Below are positions 1-11,074 of a DNA stretch of 64,000 bases, piece after piece. Under the pieces are notes generated by a model. The model did not search any database, was not told the origin of the DNA, and saw nothing but the letters and a program-made list of their open reading frames with translations. Numbering within the stretch: the first letter of the stretch is position 1; each line of letters begins with the position of its first letter. The position numbers and the translations under genes were made by a program. Source of the DNA: Pseudomonadota bacterium (GTDB taxonomy: Bacteria; UBA10199; 2-02-FULL-44-16; DYJF01); contig JBDRBB010000006.1 in the NCBI GenBank assembly GCA_043823065.1, forward strand, positions 64,001-128,000, read 5' to 3'.

Positions 1-55
1 GCTCTAACAGATGTTGTGGGCCTAGAAATACGCTAAAATGAGTAAGTGATCTGTA

Positions 56-175
56 GTGATTGCTGGAGGATTTGGGTGGACTGTTGAGCGGCGAGCGAAG
101 AACGCTTCCAAAATTTCTGGCGCATGAAGAACTTTTGGATTTAGCGAAACACCTACCCAAGCCCTCCAGTATCAC
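56..175. repeat. Structured (nested hairpin) intergenic element, copy 1
   Basis: Outer imperfect stem gtgattgctggaggatttgggt...acccaagccctccagtatcac. The core 90-149 (ggcgagcgaag..aaaatttctggcgc..ttttggatttagc) recurs at 44908-44967. Confidence 0.6.
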
Positions 176-246
176 CATACTATCAAAATAATAATTATTG
201 GAATCTATTTTAAATCGTGTTTAGACCTAGTTATAGGAGATTAATT

Positions 247-699
247 ATGAAAGGGACAATTCAGGCCTATAAATTGAAATTTGGCACAGTGTGGATAGCA
301 AAAACAATCAAAGGAATTTGTAAAATTGATTTGAGTGGAAAGAAAAACACATTCTTGCAGAACTTGCCAAAAAATATTGAGTGGACAGAAAAGAAAATAG
401 ATCGTTCTGGAAAATTGCCGCGTGGAAAATTAGATTTAGCAGCAGGCACCCTATTTCAACAAAAAGTGTGGCGCGCAATTGCTAAAATTCCTAAAGGGCA
501 AACCAGGAGTTATGCCTGGCTGGCAAAAACTGCAGGCAGACCAAAAGCAGTGCGCGCAGCAGCCAATGTCTGCGGCGCTAATCCAATACCTTTGCTTATT
601 CCTTGTCATAGAGTGATTAGAAGTGATGGTACAATTGGCGGGTTTTCCGGACCTTTAAGACTTAAGAAGCTTTTGCTTCAAGAGGAAGCAGACAAATGA
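247..699 (+). CDS. ogt: Methylated-DNA--protein-cysteine methyltransferase
   Basis: IPCHRV active-site motif and FQQKVW..IPKG..SY..LA..GRPKAVRAAA. ATG at 247 has an upstream GGAG. Confidence 0.93.
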   Translation: MKGTIQAYKLKFGTVWIAKTIKGICKIDLSGKKNTFLQNLPKNIEWTEKKIDRSGKLPRGKLDLAAGTLFQQKVWRAIAKIPKGQTRSYAWLAKTAGRPKAVRAAANVCGANPIPLLIPCHRVIRSDGTIGGFSGPLRLKKLLLQEEADK

Positions 700-3600
700 A
701 ATTTTTCTTTTCTACAGGCCAATTTTCTAAAATATATTTAGCGCGTAAGCTCTGCGTAGCCTTAACATAATCCTCAAGAATCTGTTTAAGTTCATCTTCA
801 TAACTACAATCAGAAATTTTCACTAAGCTAAATTTTCGGTTAGCATCTGGATTATATATGTAAAGTTTTCCGCCAGTCATCCCTGAGCCAAGACAAGACC
901 CGCATTTTCCCAAAACTACACCTACTCCGCCAGTCATATATTCAAAAGCATATTTACCCACGCCTTCGCATACTAAAGTTGCTCCAGAATTGCGCACGCC
1001 AAAACGCTGGCCTGCTGACCCAGCTACATATAATTTTCCACCAGTTGCGCCATAAGCTGCAGCATTACCAATTAAATGCGGTGTCTGATTGGTTTTTCGT
1101 TCAGCAGGCGGCATAATTGTGATTTGGGCTGAGCCGCTCATAATTTCGCCAACTGCATCATTAGCATACCCAGCAAGTTTTAATTTCATACCACTTGTGG
1201 CAGCAAAACCAAACCCTTGACCAGCATAACCTTGGACATTGATTTCAAATTCTTTATCTTTCAAAATATTTTTTTCTGCAATTTCTTTGGCCAAGCTTGC
1301 GCCAAATGCTTGATCATTATTATTCAAGATAAATGAGATATTTGTTTGCCCATTTTGGGCTGCTTCTAATATTTTTTTATTTTTTTCAGAAACATTGTTC
1401 TTGTTGGAAGTTTTTTTGATCACTGCTTCTGATTTTCCCTCTTGCATATCCTGCAACAGATCAATTAACTCTAAACTGTCCCAACGCGGATGATTACCAA
1501 CAATTTGCTGCAAAAGATCTACTCTGCCAACCAGCTCACTGGGATGAGAAAATCCAAGCTCGGCCAAGATAGCTCTAAAATGTCCACCCAAGCATTCTAG
1601 ATAGTTAATTACCCCTTTTTTTGCTTGTAAATAACGTTCTTCTAGAGTCGCTTCTGGTTGACCAATATCCATGCCAGCCCGACGCATAAAAAAACTGTTG
1701 TGAATCTTTTCATCATGAGTGGCTATACCCACCGGGCATTTACCCTTAGTGCAACCTCGGCAGAAAATACAGTTTTCGGCAATTAATAAAGGCGTACCCA
1801 CGGTTACTTCATCTGCTCCCAGGGCAATAATTTTGGCCATATCCACGCCATATTTAATTCCACCGTCCGCACGCAGACGAACGTGCGAGCGCAGGTCATT
1901 AACCACCAAATATTGATGAACTTCGCTAATTCCTCGTTCCAAAGGCAAGCCAGCATGAAAAATACTTCCGCGTCTGGCTGCGCCTGTCCCGCCAGTGAAG
2001 CAACTAATGGTAATGATATCAGCGCCAGCTTTAACAATACCTACGGCTATGGTGCCTAACCTGGTAATGGAAGGAACTTTTACCCCAATAATAGCTTTAG
2101 GATTAAACTCCCTTAAATTTCTGATTAATTGGGCAAGATCTTCAATGCTATAGATATCGTGATGCGGGGGTGGACTAATTAGATCCACTCCTTCTTGAGT
2201 TTTACGAATGTGCGCAATTTCAGCAGTTACTTTTTTACCAGGCAGGTGACCACCCTCTCCTGGCTTAGCACCTTGCCCAATTTTTATTTCTATTTCTTCA
2301 GCATTAGCCAGATAAGCTGCATCCACCCCAAACCTGCCAGATGCGATTTGACGAGTCTTGCTTCTAGATTTTTCCCACTGTCCACCAATATTTCGGCGTG
2401 AATCTTCACCACCTTCACCAGAATTATAACAGGAATCAAAATGATTAAAAGCAGCAGCAATGGCTCGATGAGCTGTTCCATTGAGCGCACCATGCGACAT
2501 GGCGGCTCCGCGAATAGTTGTTTTAATTATTTCTGCTGCAGTAACAACTTGATCAAGGTTAATAGGCTTAGTTTTTTGAGGATTAAATTCCAGCATATCC
2601 CTTAAATAAACAGGTGGGGTGTCTTTAAGCAGCTGACAAAAACGATCATAATCTCCATTTGTATTTCCATATCTCGCTACCAGCTGCAAACTATCCACTA
2701 CTTCTTTTCTATAAACTGAAATATTTTGATTTTGACTAAGATCCTCTTTTTCTATTTGGCGCGAAATAATATCCTGATAAATATGATCTGTATTTAAACC
2801 ACCCAGACGAGAAACAGTATCTGGGATATAATATTCAACAACATCAGACGAAATACCAATTGCCTCAAAAAGAGCTGAACCACGATAACTAGCAAAAGTG
2901 GTTATGCCCATTTTGGACATAATGCTTTTCAAAGTATGGATTAGAGCCTGGATTGTACTTGCCACAGCTTGTTTTGCCTCAAATTCTGAAAAATTTCTTA
3001 CCAAATCAAAAATAGCATAGGGATTAACCGCAGTGGCACCATAAGCCAATAATATTGCTAAATCATGGCCCTCCTGAACTTCACCAGATGAAACAACAAT
3101 ACTAGCATCACGCCTCAAACCATTATCTGCCAGAGCCCGGTGGATAGCACTGACTGCAAGCAACATAGGCAAAGGCAAACATCCGCCCTTGGTTGCTTCA
3201 TAATCAGAAAGCACCAAGATGGAAGCTTTTTTGGCCTTAATAATCTTTACGGCTTCTTCAGTTAAATCATGAATGCGGCGCACAATTTCCCGCGCTTTCC
3301 CTTTATCCACAAAAGTAGCATCTAACTTATAAGTCTGCAAATCTGGCTCAGCTGCAGCCAACAAAGCATCTAATTGTTCATTGGTTAAAATTGGATATTC
3401 CAATTCATATTGAGGCCAAGACTTATAAGTGCTTTTTCTGCTGATGATGGGCGAGCGTCCCAAATAAACTGTCATGTCCATGGCTCCACCTTCTCGAATT
3501 GGATCAATAGGCGGATTGGTAACTACGGCAACGATCTGATGCAAATAACTATATAGTCTGGAATGGTTTTCACTAAAAATAGCTAAAGGACGATCATTGC

Positions 3601-5020
3601 CCATACTCATAATCGGTTCTTTAGTATTTTTGATCATGTCTTTAAGATTATTTACCCTCTCTTTTGTCCAACCAAAAGCATTTAATGCTTTTATCGGTAA
3701 GGGACCATGGGCTTGCCCGTTGGCCAACGATGCCAGATCAAGAGTAGAAAGATTTTGAAAATTCAAACCAGTGCGCTGAATAATCCATTGATTCGCTTCT
3801 TCTGGCAAAACAAATGAAGCGGTTTTTAGATCTGCAATAATCATCTGTCCTGGTTCCAATTGACCGTCACTGACTATGTCTGCATCAGAAACTGGAATAG
3901 TACCCATTTCGCTGGCAATAATTACCCGACCTGAATGGGTCTTAACATACCTCAATGGCCTAAGTCCCATGCGATCTAAAATGGCAAACACAATTTGTCC
4001 ATCAGAGCCAACCAAAGCCATTGGCCCTTCCCAGGCTCCAATGGTGCCCAAGGCCCGGCGATTAGCCTCAAAAAATCGATATTCTTGCTCGCTAACCTGT
4101 TCTTCAATCCAAGGTGGAGGCACCATGCGGCGCACAGCTTCATGAATTCCAGTCATGCCATAAGCAGCTAGCATTTCTGCCACTCTATCAAACTGGGCAG
4201 AATCACTACCATGATCCATTAGCGTGTTTCTTAAATTAATGGCGCTTTCTGCATCTCGCACTGCGCGGCAATTAGCGGTGATAGTATTTATTTCTCCATT
4301 ATGTGCTATGTGGCGGAAAGGCTGAACCAAATTCCAATTACAAAATGTGTTGGTTGAAAAACGGCGATGAGCAATAACTATTTTTGTTTTAAATTCAGGA
4401 TTTTTTAAATCTAAATAAAAATCTTTAAGTTGGTTGGCTGTGGCCAGCGCCTTGTAAACCGTGGTATAAGGAGCTAGAGAAATTACCGACGCCAGCCTGG
4501 AAAGCTTGTCTTCTATAGCAACTTTAATTTGATGAAGAACCTCAAAAAGCTGAGTTTCTCGGCGATGTCCCTTGCCTACCAGGATTTGATAAATAAGCGG
4601 CAAATCTTCTTGAGCGCGTCTGCCCAAAACTGTTTCATCAATCGGAATTTTGCGCCAGCCCAAAGGTGCCAAACCTTCGCGACGTAAAATCAAATCAACT
4701 TCGCGTTGCAGTTCGCGAAGATTGCGTTCGCCGCGCAAGAAAAAAATCTGGCCGACAATAAGCGGCTCTTTAACACTAGGTAAATGCCGGCCAGGGCTGA
4801 TAAAGCGTTCAAAAAAACTTCTTTCCGGCCGTAGCAAAATACCAGCGCCGTCGCCAGTATTATTAATTTGGCCACCACGATGCTCCATGCTGACCAAACC
4901 TTGAAGAGCTTGCAGTAATAGCTCATGGGATGGGCCAGCACAAAGCTCGGCCATAGCTAAAATCCCGCAACCACCGCAACCAGGATTAGAAATAATTTCT
5001 TGAAGTTGCTTTGCTCTCAT
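662..5020 (-). CDS. gltB: Glutamate synthase large subunit
   Basis: CG at the N-terminus, HRG, GDGAG, HRRFSTNT, HNGEINT, QIASGRFGV, KIGQGAKPGEGG, SPPPHHDIYSIEDLAQLI, 3Fe-4S CxxxxxCxxxxCPVGIAT and a C-terminal GXGXG domain. Confidence 0.95.
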   Translation of the reverse strand: MRAKQLQEIISNPGCGGCGILAMAELCAGPSHELLLQALQGLVSMEHRGGQINNTGDGAGILLRPERSFFERFISPGRHLPSVKEPLIVGQIFFLRGERNLRELQREVDLILRREGLAPLGWRKIPIDETVLGRRAQEDLPLIYQILVGKGHRRETQLFEVLHQIKVAIEDKLSRLASVISLAPYTTVYKALATANQLKDFYLDLKNPEFKTKIVIAHRRFSTNTFCNWNLVQPFRHIAHNGEINTITANCRAVRDAESAINLRNTLMDHGSDSAQFDRVAEMLAAYGMTGIHEAVRRMVPPPWIEEQVSEQEYRFFEANRRALGTIGAWEGPMALVGSDGQIVFAILDRMGLRPLRYVKTHSGRVIIASEMGTIPVSDADIVSDGQLEPGQMIIADLKTASFVLPEEANQWIIQRTGLNFQNLSTLDLASLANGQAHGPLPIKALNAFGWTKERVNNLKDMIKNTKEPIMSMGNDRPLAIFSENHSRLYSYLHQIVAVVTNPPIDPIREGGAMDMTVYLGRSPIISRKSTYKSWPQYELEYPILTNEQLDALLAAAEPDLQTYKLDATFVDKGKAREIVRRIHDLTEEAVKIIKAKKASILVLSDYEATKGGCLPLPMLLAVSAIHRALADNGLRRDASIVVSSGEVQEGHDLAILLAYGATAVNPYAIFDLVRNFSEFEAKQAVASTIQALIHTLKSIMSKMGITTFASYRGSALFEAIGISSDVVEYYIPDTVSRLGGLNTDHIYQDIISRQIEKEDLSQNQNISVYRKEVVDSLQLVARYGNTNGDYDRFCQLLKDTPPVYLRDMLEFNPQKTKPINLDQVVTAAEIIKTTIRGAAMSHGALNGTAHRAIAAAFNHFDSCYNSGEGGEDSRRNIGGQWEKSRSKTRQIASGRFGVDAAYLANAEEIEIKIGQGAKPGEGGHLPGKKVTAEIAHIRKTQEGVDLISPPPHHDIYSIEDLAQLIRNLREFNPKAIIGVKVPSITRLGTIAVGIVKAGADIITISCFTGGTGAARRGSIFHAGLPLERGISEVHQYLVVNDLRSHVRLRADGGIKYGVDMAKIIALGADEVTVGTPLLIAENCIFCRGCTKGKCPVGIATHDEKIHNSFFMRRAGMDIGQPEATLEERYLQAKKGVINYLECLGGHFRAILAELGFSHPSELVGRVDLLQQIVGNHPRWDSLELIDLLQDMQEGKSEAVIKKTSNKNNVSEKNKKILEAAQNGQTNISFILNNNDQAFGASLAKEIAEKNILKDKEFEINVQGYAGQGFGFAATSGMKLKLAGYANDAVGEIMSGSAQITIMPPAERKTNQTPHLIGNAAAYGATGGKLYVAGSAGQRFGVRNSGATLVCEGVGKYAFEYMTGGVGVVLGKCGSCLGSGMTGGKLYIYNPDANRKFSLVKISDCSYEDELKQILEDYVKATQSLRAKYILENWPVEKKNFICLLPLEAKAS

Positions 5021-5991
5021 CTTGTAGCAATCATTTTTTTGATTGTTGTCCAGGTTTGTTTATCCATTTTGGCTCCAATGGTTTCAATTACTTTTCCAGA
5101 AAGAATAGAGCCAATGCGGCCACATTCACTTAAGGGTTTTTTGCAGATCAGACCATAAAGAAAACCGGCTGCATATAGATCTCCAGCTCCAGTAGTATCT
5201 ACACAATTAGCTGGAATAATTTCTACTTTATATTTTTGACAACCTTGTTTAATTAAAGATCCATTTTTGCCAATTTTAACCACTGCAATATCGCAAAGTT
5301 TGGCCAAAGTATCTAATGCTGCTTCTTCATCTTGCCCGGTAAAAGCTTTAGCTTCTGCTTCATTAGCAAAAACTATATCAATATGTTCTTTTACCAAAGC
5401 TTGTAAAAATTCCAAGTTTTCTTCCACAATATTGTAACTAGCCAAATCAAGCGACACAGTTAAACCATTTTGTTTAGCCAAGCTGGCTGCTGTTTTAATT
5501 AAAGAGTGGTTTTGAACTAAATAACCTTCAATATGAAAATAGCTGTAATTAGCAAACAACTCGTTTGTTAAATCTTCAGCACAAAGCTCCATAGCAGCAC
5601 CCAGGTGAGTAGCAAAGGTTCTTTCAGTGTCTGGCGTAATTAAGGTCATAGCTACGCCTGACCTAGCCTTTCCCTTAAACAATTTTGGCTCAATTTTATT
5701 TAATTTTAAATCTTGATGAAAAAAATCGCCAAACTCATCTGCGCAAACTTTACCCAAAAAACCAGTTTCAATCCCCAAGTTAGCTAAACCATGAATAGCA
5801 TTAGCTGCTGAACCACCAGAAAACTGATATCTGGTAAAAGTTGCAGTGTGTCTTAAAATATTTTCTACAAAATCTTCTGCCACCAATTGCATGCTTCCTT
5901 TGGGCAGAGAAAATCTATACAACAATTCATCGTGCTCTAGCTGCACTAGAACATCAACCAAGGCATTGCCGATTCCTAAAACTCTGCTCAT
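5017..5991 (-). CDS. PfkB-family carbohydrate/nucleoside (adenosine-type) kinase
   Basis: GIGNALVD, GGSAAN, ERTF, NEAEA and DTTGAGDLYAAGFL PfkB signatures. Start placed at MSRVLG. Confidence 0.9.
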   Translation of the reverse strand: MSRVLGIGNALVDVLVQLEHDELLYRFSLPKGSMQLVAEDFVENILRHTATFTRYQFSGGSAANAIHGLANLGIETGFLGKVCADEFGDFFHQDLKLNKIEPKLFKGKARSGVAMTLITPDTERTFATHLGAAMELCAEDLTNELFANYSYFHIEGYLVQNHSLIKTAASLAKQNGLTVSLDLASYNIVEENLEFLQALVKEHIDIVFANEAEAKAFTGQDEEAALDTLAKLCDIAVVKIGKNGSLIKQGCQKYKVEIIPANCVDTTGAGDLYAAGFLYGLICKKPLSECGRIGSILSGKVIETIGAKMDKQTWTTIKKMIATR

Positions 5992-6608
5992 ACTTCTTTC
6001 CTTTTTACATTTTTTGATACTGGAATAGCTGGACAATTATTTTCCAAAATTAATTCAGGATCAAAACAAGCACGGCAACGTGCTTCATAACATTCACCTG
6101 AACCAACAATCACCTGATCTTTATCTTTACTTAAACGCTGAGTCTTGGTTCCTTGTCCTCCGCAAGTCATACAAACTGCCTTTAACTTAAGAATTGATTC
6201 AGCAATCGCTAAAAGTTTGGGCATGGGCCCAAATGGTTCACCTTTGTAATCTTGATCTAGCCCGCCAATAACTACTCTAATTCCGCGATTAGCTAACTTG
6301 TTACAAACCTCTACCAACTCTTGACTGAAAAATTGCGCTTCATCAATACCTACCACTCGAGTGGTGTCATCTATATTGTGAAAAATTTCCCAAGCATCTT
6401 TAACAGGAGTGCAAATAAATTTCTGTTCGCTATGTGAAGTTATAAATTGGTCATCATAACGATCATCAATTGCTGGCTTAAAAATTTGTACGCGCTGCTT
6501 GGCAATTTGAGCTAAGCGCAAACGCCTGATGAGTTCCTCAGTTTTGCCAGAAAACATTGGCCCACAGATAACTTCAATCCAACCTGAATAACGACCTTGA
6601 TGCATCAT
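5988..6608 (-). CDS. tdk: Thymidine kinase
   Basis: GPMFSGKTEEL, IDEAQFF, GLDQDY, CxxCG and YEARCRAC. Confidence 0.96.
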   Translation of the reverse strand: MMHQGRYSGWIEVICGPMFSGKTEELIRRLRLAQIAKQRVQIFKPAIDDRYDDQFITSHSEQKFICTPVKDAWEIFHNIDDTTRVVGIDEAQFFSQELVEVCNKLANRGIRVVIGGLDQDYKGEPFGPMPKLLAIAESILKLKAVCMTCGGQGTKTQRLSKDKDQVIVGSGECYEARCRACFDPELILENNCPAIPVSKNVKRKEV

Positions 6609-6625
6609 AAAAACCTCGTATGCTC

Positions 6626-7939
6626 TTAACCAATTAGTAACCCAGCTATAGTTGCGGTCAGACAAGAAACAATTGCGCCACCTAACATTGCCTTAAAAGC
6701 AAGCCTGGCTAGATCTGATCTTCGATCAGGCGCCAATGAACTTAAGCCGCCAATTTGAATACCAATAGAAGCAAAATTGGCAAAACCGCAAAGCATATAA
6801 GTGGCCATGATTGCTGCTTTGGGAGACAGGCTTCCTTGTTGGATCATAGGCGCTAATTTGGAATAAGCCACAAATTCATTTAAGGTGAGTTTCAAACCCA
6901 ACAAATGGCCAACAGTAAAAGCATCTGTTGCAGGCACGCCCATTAAATAGGCCAAAGGACCAAACACACTGCCCATGATTGTTTTAAGACTGCCTGGAAA
7001 CCAACCAGCAAACTCGCCGCCTTCTTGCATTAAACCGTGCAGGAGCATGCCGTCTATATATCTGTCTCCTAAGCATAATAGTTTATCCACCAAAACGACA
7101 AGCGTAATAAAAGCCACTAGCATTGCTCCTACATTTAAGGCTAAATACAAACCATCGTGCACTCCGCGCGATGCTGCATCTAAAATATTTCTTCCTGAAT
7201 CTAGCTTGGGCAGCTTAATATTACCCATGGTTTCAGATTGTTCTGTTTCAGGAAAAATCATTTTAGCTACCATGAGCGAAGTTGGAGCAGCCATAGAAGA
7301 GGCAATAATAATATGTTCCGGCGAAATTCCCATCTGCATATATCCGGCCATAATCGAGCCAGCAATTGTGCCAAAACCACCCACCATGATGGCATTTAAT
7401 TCTGAAAGGGTGCACCGGCTTAAAAATGGTCTGACCAAAAGTGGTGCTTCTGTCTGGCCCAAAAAAACATTGGCTGAACAAGAAAGAGATTCAGTTCCAG
7501 AAGTTCCTAAAAGCTTACTCATCACCCAACCAAACACTTCCACCACTTTTTGCATAATACCCAGATAATAAAGAATGGCGGAAAACGAGGCAAAAAAGAT
7601 AATTACCGGCAAGACTATAAAAGCAAATTGAAAACCAAAAGTTCCACCCATTTCAGGCATACCCAACTTACCAAACAAAAACATTGAACCATGTTTACTC
7701 AAAGCCAAGAAAGCAGCTACTTTACCAGCAAACCACTGCATACCAGCATTTCCTGTTGGCCACTTAATCAGCACCAAGGCAATAGCCCATTGCATAGCAA
7801 TTCCCACTAATAAGGTTCTTAAACTAATTCGACGTTTATTATTGGAAAGAAGAAATAAAATGAAGATCAAAAAAAGAAAACCAAATACTCCAATATATTT
7901 TTCAAAAACCGGGTTTTGTAAAAAACTTAGCTGTTCCAT
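6626..7939 (-). CDS. nupC: Concentrative nucleoside transporter (CNT/NupC family)
   Basis: FAFIVLPVIIFF, ANVFLGQTEAPL, NEFVAY and LCGFANFASIGIQIGG. Confidence 0.93.
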   Translation of the reverse strand: MEQLSFLQNPVFEKYIGVFGFLFLIFILFLLSNNKRRISLRTLLVGIAMQWAIALVLIKWPTGNAGMQWFAGKVAAFLALSKHGSMFLFGKLGMPEMGGTFGFQFAFIVLPVIIFFASFSAILYYLGIMQKVVEVFGWVMSKLLGTSGTESLSCSANVFLGQTEAPLLVRPFLSRCTLSELNAIMVGGFGTIAGSIMAGYMQMGISPEHIIIASSMAAPTSLMVAKMIFPETEQSETMGNIKLPKLDSGRNILDAASRGVHDGLYLALNVGAMLVAFITLVVLVDKLLCLGDRYIDGMLLHGLMQEGGEFAGWFPGSLKTIMGSVFGPLAYLMGVPATDAFTVGHLLGLKLTLNEFVAYSKLAPMIQQGSLSPKAAIMATYMLCGFANFASIGIQIGGLSSLAPDRRSDLARLAFKAMLGGAIVSCLTATIAGLLIG

Positions 7940-7946
7940 TTACCTC

Positions 7947-8783
7947 CTAAAGGGTGGGCAACCAATACTTATCGCCTTTTTTTTGGGCATCCATCTTGGC
8001 TATAATTTCAAAAGCCTTTAACCCAGTTTCCACACATCTTTTTTCAGCCTCATCTTTAAGTTCACCTTCCACAAATTTATTATGATAACGATTAGCATAA
8101 GCTGCACAAACTGTTCCAGCCCTAAAACCAGCCATACTAGCTAAGGTAAACAAACACGAAGTTTCCATTTCCAGATTAAACACGTTCATAGCTTCTAATT
8201 TGGTTGGAAGATCTTTATCTCGCGGCTGAAAAGGAGGAATGTTTCTGGATTGCGGAGCATAGAAACTACTGCACGTAGCAGTAATGCCAGCATGATGCGG
8301 AAATTTGTTTTGTTTGGCTGCCATAAGCAAAGCTAAGATCACCTCATAATTCGCCAGACAAGGATAACCTTCCACAACATAAGCTAAAGAAACACTTTCC
8401 AAACGCACAGCTCCAGTAGAAATAATCAAATCTGCTAAGGCAATTTCTTTTTTCAAGGCACCTGAAGAACCAATGCGAATAATGGTTGGATTGTTGACTA
8501 TTTGAAAGAGTTCAACAACTGCAATTTCTATATTATCAGCGCCCATGCCAGTAGCCATCACGGTTAAGGGCAATTCTTTATATTTTCCAGTAATGGTTAC
8601 ATATTCCCGGTGCGTAATTTCCGGACCAGCCTGATCAAAATATTTAGCCACCATTCTGGCCCTGGTCGGATCTCCGCAAAACAGAATATAGGGGGCAACC
8701 TCTCCTGGTTTCAAACCAATGTGATATTGCCGTCCCTCTTTGGAAGCCAAATTTATTGCTGATTGTTTTATGTGTTTTTTCAT
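7947..8783 (-). CDS. udp: Uridine/nucleoside phosphorylase
   Basis: QYHI, GDPTR, HREY, TGMG, IRIGSSG and NLEME motifs. Confidence 0.88.
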   Translation of the reverse strand: MKKHIKQSAINLASKEGRQYHIGLKPGEVAPYILFCGDPTRARMVAKYFDQAGPEITHREYVTITGKYKELPLTVMATGMGADNIEIAVVELFQIVNNPTIIRIGSSGALKKEIALADLIISTGAVRLESVSLAYVVEGYPCLANYEVILALLMAAKQNKFPHHAGITATCSSFYAPQSRNIPPFQPRDKDLPTKLEAMNVFNLEMETSCLFTLASMAGFRAGTVCAAYANRYHNKFVEGELKDEAEKRCVETGLKAFEIIAKMDAQKKGDKYWLPTL

Positions 8784-8814
8784 GCCCCAGGTCTATTAAG
8801 ATCAGGCACAAAAC

Positions 8815-9453
8815 TCAAGTGCATTTTGCTTTAACTGGGGCAAAACTTTGGCGATGAATTGGGGTAATACCAAACTCATCAAGTTCACTTAGATGTTTGG
8901 CTGTGCCATAGCCTTTATGAATGGCAAATGAGAAGTTTGGATATTTTTGGGCATACTCCTGCATAATTCGATCACGACTTACTTTAGCCAAAATAGAAGC
9001 AGCAGCAATGGAATTGCTTCTAGCATCACCTTTTTTTAAGGCTTTTTGAGGAATTCTAGTTTCAATTAAATGCGGGCCATCAACTAAAATAAAATTTGGT
9101 ATGGGCTTAAGTGAATTTATGGCCTTTTGCATCGCCAGCATAGAAGCTTGAAAAATATTTATTTCATCAATTTGACTAGGTTCAATTCTGATAACAGACC
9201 AAGCTAGAGCTTGAGCAACAATTAAATCATAAAATTTATCGCGCTGTTTGGCTGTTAATTTTTTGGAATCATTTAAACCAGAAGGATTAAATTTTTGGGG
9301 AAGAATTACACTGGCCGCAACTACAGGACCAGCTAAACAACCTCGGCCTGCTTCATCTACGCCAGCAATTAATTGATAACCATCTTGAAATAGCTGCTCT
9401 TCAAAATAATTTAATTTATTCGGCAACTGATTGATCAGCAGAGCTTGTTTCAT
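8815..9453 (-). CDS. rnhB: Ribonuclease HII
   Basis: [30 protein letters not shown] and HKGYGT. Confidence 0.96.
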   Translation of the reverse strand: MKQALLINQLPNKLNYFEEQLFQDGYQLIAGVDEAGRGCLAGPVVAASVILPQKFNPSGLNDSKKLTAKQRDKFYDLIVAQALAWSVIRIEPSQIDEINIFQASMLAMQKAINSLKPIPNFILVDGPHLIETRIPQKALKKGDARSNSIAAASILAKVSRDRIMQEYAQKYPNFSFAIHKGYGTAKHLSELDEFGITPIHRQSFAPVKAKCT

Positions 9454-9808
9454 CGGCTAATATTTCAAAACCACGTTCTTTAATTCTAGCAGCTTTACCA
9501 GCAAGATCTCTTAAATAATACAAACGAGAACGACGCACTCTACCGCGAGCAACAACTTCAATGCGCTCAATCATTGGGGAATATAAAGGAAAAATTCTTT
9601 CCACGCCCACGCCATATGATACTTTACGCACTGTAAAAGAAGAACTGGCTGCACCGCGTTTTCTGGAAATTACCACTCCTTGAAAAACCTGGATGCGCTC
9701 TTTGTCGCCTTCTTTAATCCGGCTATGTACAGCAACTGTATCTCCAGGCCGAAATTCAGGAATTTTTTGGTTGATTATTTCGCTTGAAATTTTTTGAACA
9801 ATATCCAT
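9416..9808 (-). CDS. rplS: 50S ribosomal protein L19
   Basis: [26 protein letters not shown] and RRSRLYYLR. Start at MDIVQK with a GGAG RBS. Confidence 0.96.
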   Translation of the reverse strand: MDIVQKISSEIINQKIPEFRPGDTVAVHSRIKEGDKERIQVFQGVVISRKRGAASSSFTVRKVSYGVGVERIFPLYSPMIERIEVVARGRVRRSRLYYLRDLAGKAARIKERGFEILADETSSADQSVAE

Positions 9809-9839
9809 AGCTTGCTCCATATCTTTAAGGTGCGCTTTC

Positions 9840-10529
9840 TTAGCGTCTTTTAGAGTTTTTGTCAATAAGATCAGGTCTTCTTTCGTAAGTAAGCTTTATG
9901 GCCTGTTCTTGCCGCCATTTCTCAATTTGGGCGTGATGACCAGAAAGCAGGATTTCTGGCACTTTTTGGCCCTGAAACACCTCTGGCCTGGTATATTGAG
10001 GATATTCCAATAACCCATTTTCAAAAGATTCATGTTCTAAAGATGCTTCATTTCCAAGTACTTGCGGCACTAAACGCGCCACAGCTTCCATAAGCACCAA
10101 AGCAGGGGTTTCCCCACCAGCTGTAATATAGTCACCAATAGAAATTTCCCTATCTGCTATAATCTGCCTGGCTCGCTCATCAATTCCTTCGTATCTGCCG
10201 CAGATTAGAATAAGTTGATCATATTGGGCCAATTCCTTGACAATTTTTTGCGTTAAAGGCTCACCCTGCGGGGTCATTAAGATTCTCAGATTTTTTTTCT
10301 GGCGAATTACCGATTCCACACAAGTAACCAAAGGTTCTGGGCGCATAACCATACCTGCTCCGCCGCCATAAGGAGCGTCGTCTACTGAACGATGCGCATC
10401 AGTGGTAAAATTGCGAATATCGTGCGTATGCACTTCTAGCAAACTCTTGTCTCTGGCTTTCTTGATAATTGACTGATTTAACCAGGAATCAAACATCTGA
10501 GGAAAAATTGTAATAACATCAAATCTCAT
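9840..10529 (-). CDS. trmD: tRNA (guanine37-N1)-methyltransferase
   Basis: [27 protein letters not shown] and [10 protein letters not shown]. Confidence 0.97.
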   Translation of the reverse strand: MRFDVITIFPQMFDSWLNQSIIKKARDKSLLEVHTHDIRNFTTDAHRSVDDAPYGGGAGMVMRPEPLVTCVESVIRQKKNLRILMTPQGEPLTQKIVKELAQYDQLILICGRYEGIDERARQIIADREISIGDYITAGGETPALVLMEAVARLVPQVLGNEASLEHESFENGLLEYPQYTRPEVFQGQKVPEILLSGHHAQIEKWRQEQAIKLTYERRPDLIDKNSKRR

Positions 10530-11074
10530 AAATCAAGCAACCCTTCTATCAACTTAATAACTATCACTCCCTTTTCTACATCTACCTTCTTTACTACATC
10601 TTTAATTGCTGGAATCAAAAACGTCTCACCTTCAGCAGGTTTTACTTCATAAACATCATTGCTACCAGTTGGCACAATTTTGATTATTTCACCCAAGCAT
10701 TGGCCTTGTTCAGTTTCAACCTTTAATCCAATTAATTGATAACAATAATATTCACCTTCTGCTAAAGCAGGCAGTGTTTGTTCTGGAATATAAATTTTTT
10801 TATTAGTTAAACTAGCCGCCTGCTCTGGAGTATGCACACCATCTAGCAAAACCACACCCCGCGTGCCTTTTTTATGTTCTTTTAAAATACGATGCGGGAT
10901 ATATTCGTTTTTGGTTTCCAGGGTAAACACTTCCCCTTTTCCAACCACAACCGGACATATCCCGCTGTACCAGAAAACTGAAACTTGTCCTTTTATCCCC
11001 CAAGGACGACCAAACTTACCACATTCTAAAAACTTTTTTGACGCCTTGGTTTTCTGCCTCACCGTCCTACTCAA
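10526..11074 (-). CDS. rimM: Ribosome maturation factor RimM
   Basis: GIKG, EYY..LIGL.V, TGSNDV, LIP motifs; lies between khpA and trmD. Confidence 0.92.
   Translation of the reverse strand: MSRTVRQKTKASKKFLECGKFGRPWGIKGQVSVFWYSGICPVVVGKGEVFTLETKNEYIPHRILKEHKKGTRGVVLLDGVHTPEQAASLTNKKIYIPEQTLPALAEGEYYCYQLIGLKVETEQGQCLGEIIKIVPTGSNDVYEVKPAEGETFLIPAIKDVVKKVDVEKGVIVIKLIEGLLDL

Noticed and set aside
6975..7568. 197-aa plus-strand ORF and the many other short antisense or alternate-frame ORFs in the track
   Set aside because: They are shadows of well-supported genes and show no motifs or RBS.
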